Both the position numbers and the translations under genes were made by a program. Source: a virus. From it: DNA of 60,539 nt. The DNA lies in the IMG/VR virus record IMGVR_UViG_3300028048_000007, positions 1 to 60,539 of that record; one strand, written 5' to 3'. The notes beneath the pieces are model-generated. The model saw nothing but the letters and a program-made list of their open reading frames with translations, made no database searches and had not been told where the DNA came from. Positions 57,700 through 60,539 of the stretch are shown piece after piece; positions within the stretch are counted from its first letter, which is position 1, and the number at the start of each line of letters is the position of its first letter.

Positions 57700-59340
57700 C
57701 TATTCGAGTGCGTTTCTTGCATTTGCACTTTGACCTACACTCACTTGATTATACTGGTCTTTGTTTAAGCTTTCACCATTTTGTTCCCCTTCACCACCAT
57801 CTTCACCTTCGTTTGAATCAGAAGTTTTAACTTTATCCGATGTAGTATAATTGAGGTAAGTATTGTCAAGCATCTCGCTTTCAAGCTTAATTTGTTCAAG
57901 TTCGGAAGTAGCTTGCAAGTCACTCAAATTTCTCCACTTCTTCAAGTAAGCCTTTCTTGACATAATCTTTGCATCAACTTCCTGTATGTCAAGTTCCTTT
58001 TCCTCTTTTACATCTTCGGGGATAGGATAGTTATTCTCAACCTTAACATCATAAGGTATTTCGGGTATCTCTTCTTCGGTATATTGCTCAATACAATTGG
58101 AATAAAGTTTTCCCCCTTCAATAATTGCATAAGCAATAGTTCTTAACGCCCCTTCCCAAGCAAGCATTTTTTCATCACATCTTACTGTAAGACCCCAATA
58201 CAATGCCTGTATTGTCTTTCCACTTGTAATTACACCCGCTAATTGTTCACTTGTAATGTTGGGAACATCAAGTGCTGAAAACATTTCGTTTTCAAGTCTG
58301 TCGAGCGTAACCTTAAGTGGTGCAGAATAATTCATACTTGCTTCAAGCACACCGACTTTTGCAGAGAATGAAGTGTCTGTACCTTTATCATCATCTGTTT
58401 GCAAATCCCAATAAGAACCAGGACTTGTTGAAAGATTTTTTGTACTCTCTTTACTTGCATCAATTGAAAATCTAATGGGGTGCATATTTTTTCTTTCAGA
58501 GTCCATATCTGAATTAGCAAGTTTAGAATAGTAGCTTTCACTAAACATCAAGTCAAGTAACTCACTCTCGCCCCTTATATCTCCTGTAAGTCCATCGTTG
58601 AATATAACAACAGCAGGAATAAAGTCGAGTAAGATTTTAGTCTTTTTGGTAACAACTTCTACCTTACTACCTGCACCATCATAAATTTCTTCGGAAAGAA
58701 AAACTCCATCCTTATTTTTCTCATAATGTTTTCTAAACCATTTTTGTTCTGACAAACTATCACTGCCTGTCATTTCATAATAAGCTGTAAAATTATCAAG
58801 CTTCTCATCTTTACCGAAGGAATAAACAAACTCTATTGATTTAAAAAATGTAATTGAAATTCCTTCCTGTTCATTAAAGTTTACAGTGATTGCTATTCTC
58901 TTACCGATAAAACAATCCTTAACTCCCTTCATGAGTTTTCCATGAAAGTTTGTTAACTCCAACACCTTGTCAAGATAATCCTGTATGATAGCATTTTCTT
59001 TTGCATACTTTCCTGTAACATCATCTACATTAACATTAAATGAAGGTGAGTTAGCAACAAAAAATCTTGCTTCTTTATTAAGAATAAGTCTTGACTTTTT
59101 ATATCTCAATTTTGAAGGTGTATAATCTCCGTTTGAACCCTCCGTAGCAAAGTCTGCTCCAAGTTGATAAATCTGATAATACCTCATTATCTGTTCAAAC
59201 TCATTTTTAAAGTTGTCACTCACAACTTTATCAAAATCTTCTTCTAACAAGAAATATGGAATCTTGGGATAAGCGTAAAAAACTTTTTCCTGTTCATCCT
59301 CTATCTCTTGTAGAAGTAATTGATTCTTTTCCTCATCCAT
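57700..59340 (-). CDS. Portal protein (SPP1 gp6-like)
   Basis: 546 aa; size, acidic C-terminus and position before the gp7-like gene. Confidence 0.8.
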   Translation of the reverse strand: MDEEKNQLLLQEIEDEQEKVFYAYPKIPYFLLEEDFDKVVSDNFKNEFEQIMRYYQIYQLGADFATEGSNGDYTPSKLRYKKSRLILNKEARFFVANSPSFNVNVDDVTGKYAKENAIIQDYLDKVLELTNFHGKLMKGVKDCFIGKRIAITVNFNEQEGISITFFKSIEFVYSFGKDEKLDNFTAYYEMTGSDSLSEQKWFRKHYEKNKDGVFLSEEIYDGAGSKVEVVTKKTKILLDFIPAVVIFNDGLTGDIRGESELLDLMFSESYYSKLANSDMDSERKNMHPIRFSIDASKESTKNLSTSPGSYWDLQTDDDKGTDTSFSAKVGVLEASMNYSAPLKVTLDRLENEMFSALDVPNITSEQLAGVITSGKTIQALYWGLTVRCDEKMLAWEGALRTIAYAIIEGGKLYSNCIEQYTEEEIPEIPYDVKVENNYPIPEDVKEEKELDIQEVDAKIMSRKAYLKKWRNLSDLQATSELEQIKLESEMLDNTYLNYTTSDKVKTSDSNEGEDGGEGEQNGESLNKDQYNQVSVGQSANARNALE

Positions 59341-59358
59341 ATCTCTTTACCTCATCAA

Positions 59359-59673
59359 TCATTCGTCTTTCTTTTTAAATACCTTCTCAAAAATTTCCTT
59401 TACAACTTTGTCATACCCAACAGTTGCACAAAGGAATGAGAAAAATACAAAGGCAATCATTACAACAATTACCTGTGCATTAACCTGTACTGCATTATAA
59501 ATAATATAAGCAACAGAACATGCTACAGATTCAATAAATGAAACAATCACTGCAAGAATTGTAGCATTAGGTTTCTTACCGATAGAATCTGAAACCTTCT
59601 TAATTGCTTCTACAGTAAGTGCAATTGTTGCAGAAACAAAAAGTAGTGCTGTAAGAAAAAATGTAATATCCAT
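59359..59673 (-). CDS. Holin (three TM segments)
   Basis: 104 aa; FFLTALLFVSATIALTV, ILAVIVSFIESVACSVAYIIY, VIVVMIAFVFFSFLCATV; charged C-terminus; adjacent to the endolysin. Confidence 0.75.
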   Translation of the reverse strand: MDITFFLTALLFVSATIALTVEAIKKVSDSIGKKPNATILAVIVSFIESVACSVAYIIYNAVQVNAQVIVVMIAFVFFSFLCATVGYDKVVKEIFEKVFKKKDE

Positions 59674-59684
59674 ATTAATCTCCT

Positions 59685-60539
59685 TTAAACAATTACGATT
59701 TCCTGTCCGACATAAATTTTATTCTTATTTGGAATATTGTTTGCCTTAACAAGTGCATCAACCGTTGTATTATATCTCTTTGCTATTGAAGAAAGAGTTT
59801 CATTATGAATAACAACGTGAGTCTTTTTGGTTTGTTTTCTTTGATTTACAATCTCATTAACTCTTGCCTGTACTTGTTTTGCATCATATCCACTTGCATT
59901 TAATCTAATGGCTCTTATTGGATTGTTGCCCCACACTCCTGCAAGAACCTCAATGGCTAACTGGTCTACAGACTTCTTTATTACAGTAGGAACTACTACA
60001 GGTTCTTGTGCAATTTGAACCTCATCACCCCAAAGGATATAGAAAAAGTCTTGGTCTATTGTAGTTCCATTTATTTTAGAACTTCTCACATAATTTACAG
60101 AACCTCCATATTGCCAACATTCGCAACTAAAACTTGGAGGATTCTTTGAGTATTTCGCAACCCAAAATGGAAATTTACTTACCTGTGATTTATCAAAACG
60201 TGATTTGAAATGACTCTCACTTGTATAAACACCACAGATATAACCTGCATTTACCATTGTTTGACAAAATGTTTTTATAATGTCAGTAAGATGCGTATAA
60301 CCTTGGTTAAGCATTTTTCCTTCAACATCATAATAAACATGCTTTATTGCTTTTCCTTTAAGGTACTCAATAAAATAATTTGCTTCTTTAACTGCATCAG
60401 CAGTAGAAAAGGCACAACCAAAATAATACGCTCCAATTTTCCACGCACCTGCTCTTGCTTGTGTATAGAAATTTTCAAACTGTGAATCTTTGTAATAACT
60501 TCCGTCTGCTCCACCTGCTTTAATTATACAGTGAGTAAA
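59685..60539 (-). CDS. Endolysin, 3' portion: rest of the GH25 muramidase, one Cpl-7 (CW_7) repeat and a C-terminal LysM (continues upstream at 754..1 through the circular junction)
   Basis: ORF stays open from 60314 to the window end (..GAYYFGCAFSTADAVKEANYFIEYL..). ..TIDQDFF.. ends GH25. ..SVDQLAIEVLAGVWGNNPIRAIRLNASGYDAKQVQARVNEIV.. is CW_7-like. ..HVVIHNETLSSIAKRYNTTVDALVKANNI..VGQEIVI is LysM. Confidence 0.85.
   Translation of the reverse strand, partial: FTHCIIKAGGADGSYYKDSQFENFYTQARAGAWKIGAYYFGCAFSTADAVKEANYFIEYLKGKAIKHVYYDVEGKMLNQGYTHLTDIIKTFCQTMVNAGYICGVYTSESHFKSRFDKSQVSKFPFWVAKYSKNPPSFSCECWQYGGSVNYVRSSKINGTTIDQDFFYILWGDEVQIAQEPVVVPTVIKKSVDQLAIEVLAGVWGNNPIRAIRLNASGYDAKQVQARVNEIVNQRKQTKKTHVVIHNETLSSIAKRYNTTVDALVKANNIPNKNKIYVGQEIVIV
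60413..60539. repeat. Second copy of the 127-bp terminal overlap (identical to 1-127)
   Basis: 127/127 identical. Confidence 0.95.

Noticed and set aside
1-60539. Lysogeny module, diversity-generating retroelement, toxin-antitoxin or known defence/anti-defence cassette
   Set aside because: I found no integrase or recombinase, CI/Cro-type divergent pair, reverse transcriptase, template/variable repeat pair, or recognisable TA or defence motifs among the translated ORFs. This absence is based on motif reading only, not on profile searches.

Overview
This window is a complete, circularly closed tailed-phage genome. Nt 1-127 are identical to nt 60413-60539, so the unique length is 60,412 bp, and the window start cuts through the endolysin gene. 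The genome is AT-rich and siphovirus-like: tape measure, Dit, Tal, major tail protein, lambda-E-type capsid with a decoration protein, and an SPP1-type portal. Every credible gene (well over 100 CDS plus one tRNA-Gln) lies on the minus strand. The plus-strand ORFs in the track look like antisense shadows. Transcription runs from high to low coordinate and wraps. (1) An early/replication module runs 39369->7509: HeH-motif protein, DnaG-type primase, putative SSB, intron-split DnaE-type Pol III alpha, ThyX, MazG, RecA, Cas4-like nuclease, a beta-class methyltransferase with an in-frame TAG, SleB-like hydrolase, RuvC-like resolvase, RNase HI, and many micro-ORFs. It is driven by a family of near-identical sigma-A-type promoters. 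(2) The late module follows: terS, terL, two fibre paralogues, a four-module endolysin (wrapping the junction), holin, portal, head and tail genes. (3) A terminal accessory operon (42740->39638) encodes Gly/Cys-rich proteins I cannot place, and sits just downstream of a sigma-70 region-4-only protein. I saw no integrase, reverse transcriptase, CRISPR array or recognisable replicative helicase. The most interesting signals are: two paralogous ORF-free control regions (8620-9961 and 14714-15504), each combining AATTGTC-N-GACAATT palindromes with tandem ~20-bp AGTAGTAGGAGGAATTTT repeats; a group I intron with an HNH gene inserted exactly in the catalytic PDxDxDF motif of dnaE; an amber codon replacing the conserved Trp of the methyltransferase; acidic Trp-containing C-terminal tails and HeH motifs recurring on unrelated proteins; and the unassignable late accessory operon. 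All calls come from reading the sequence and from remembered family motifs. No database search was run.
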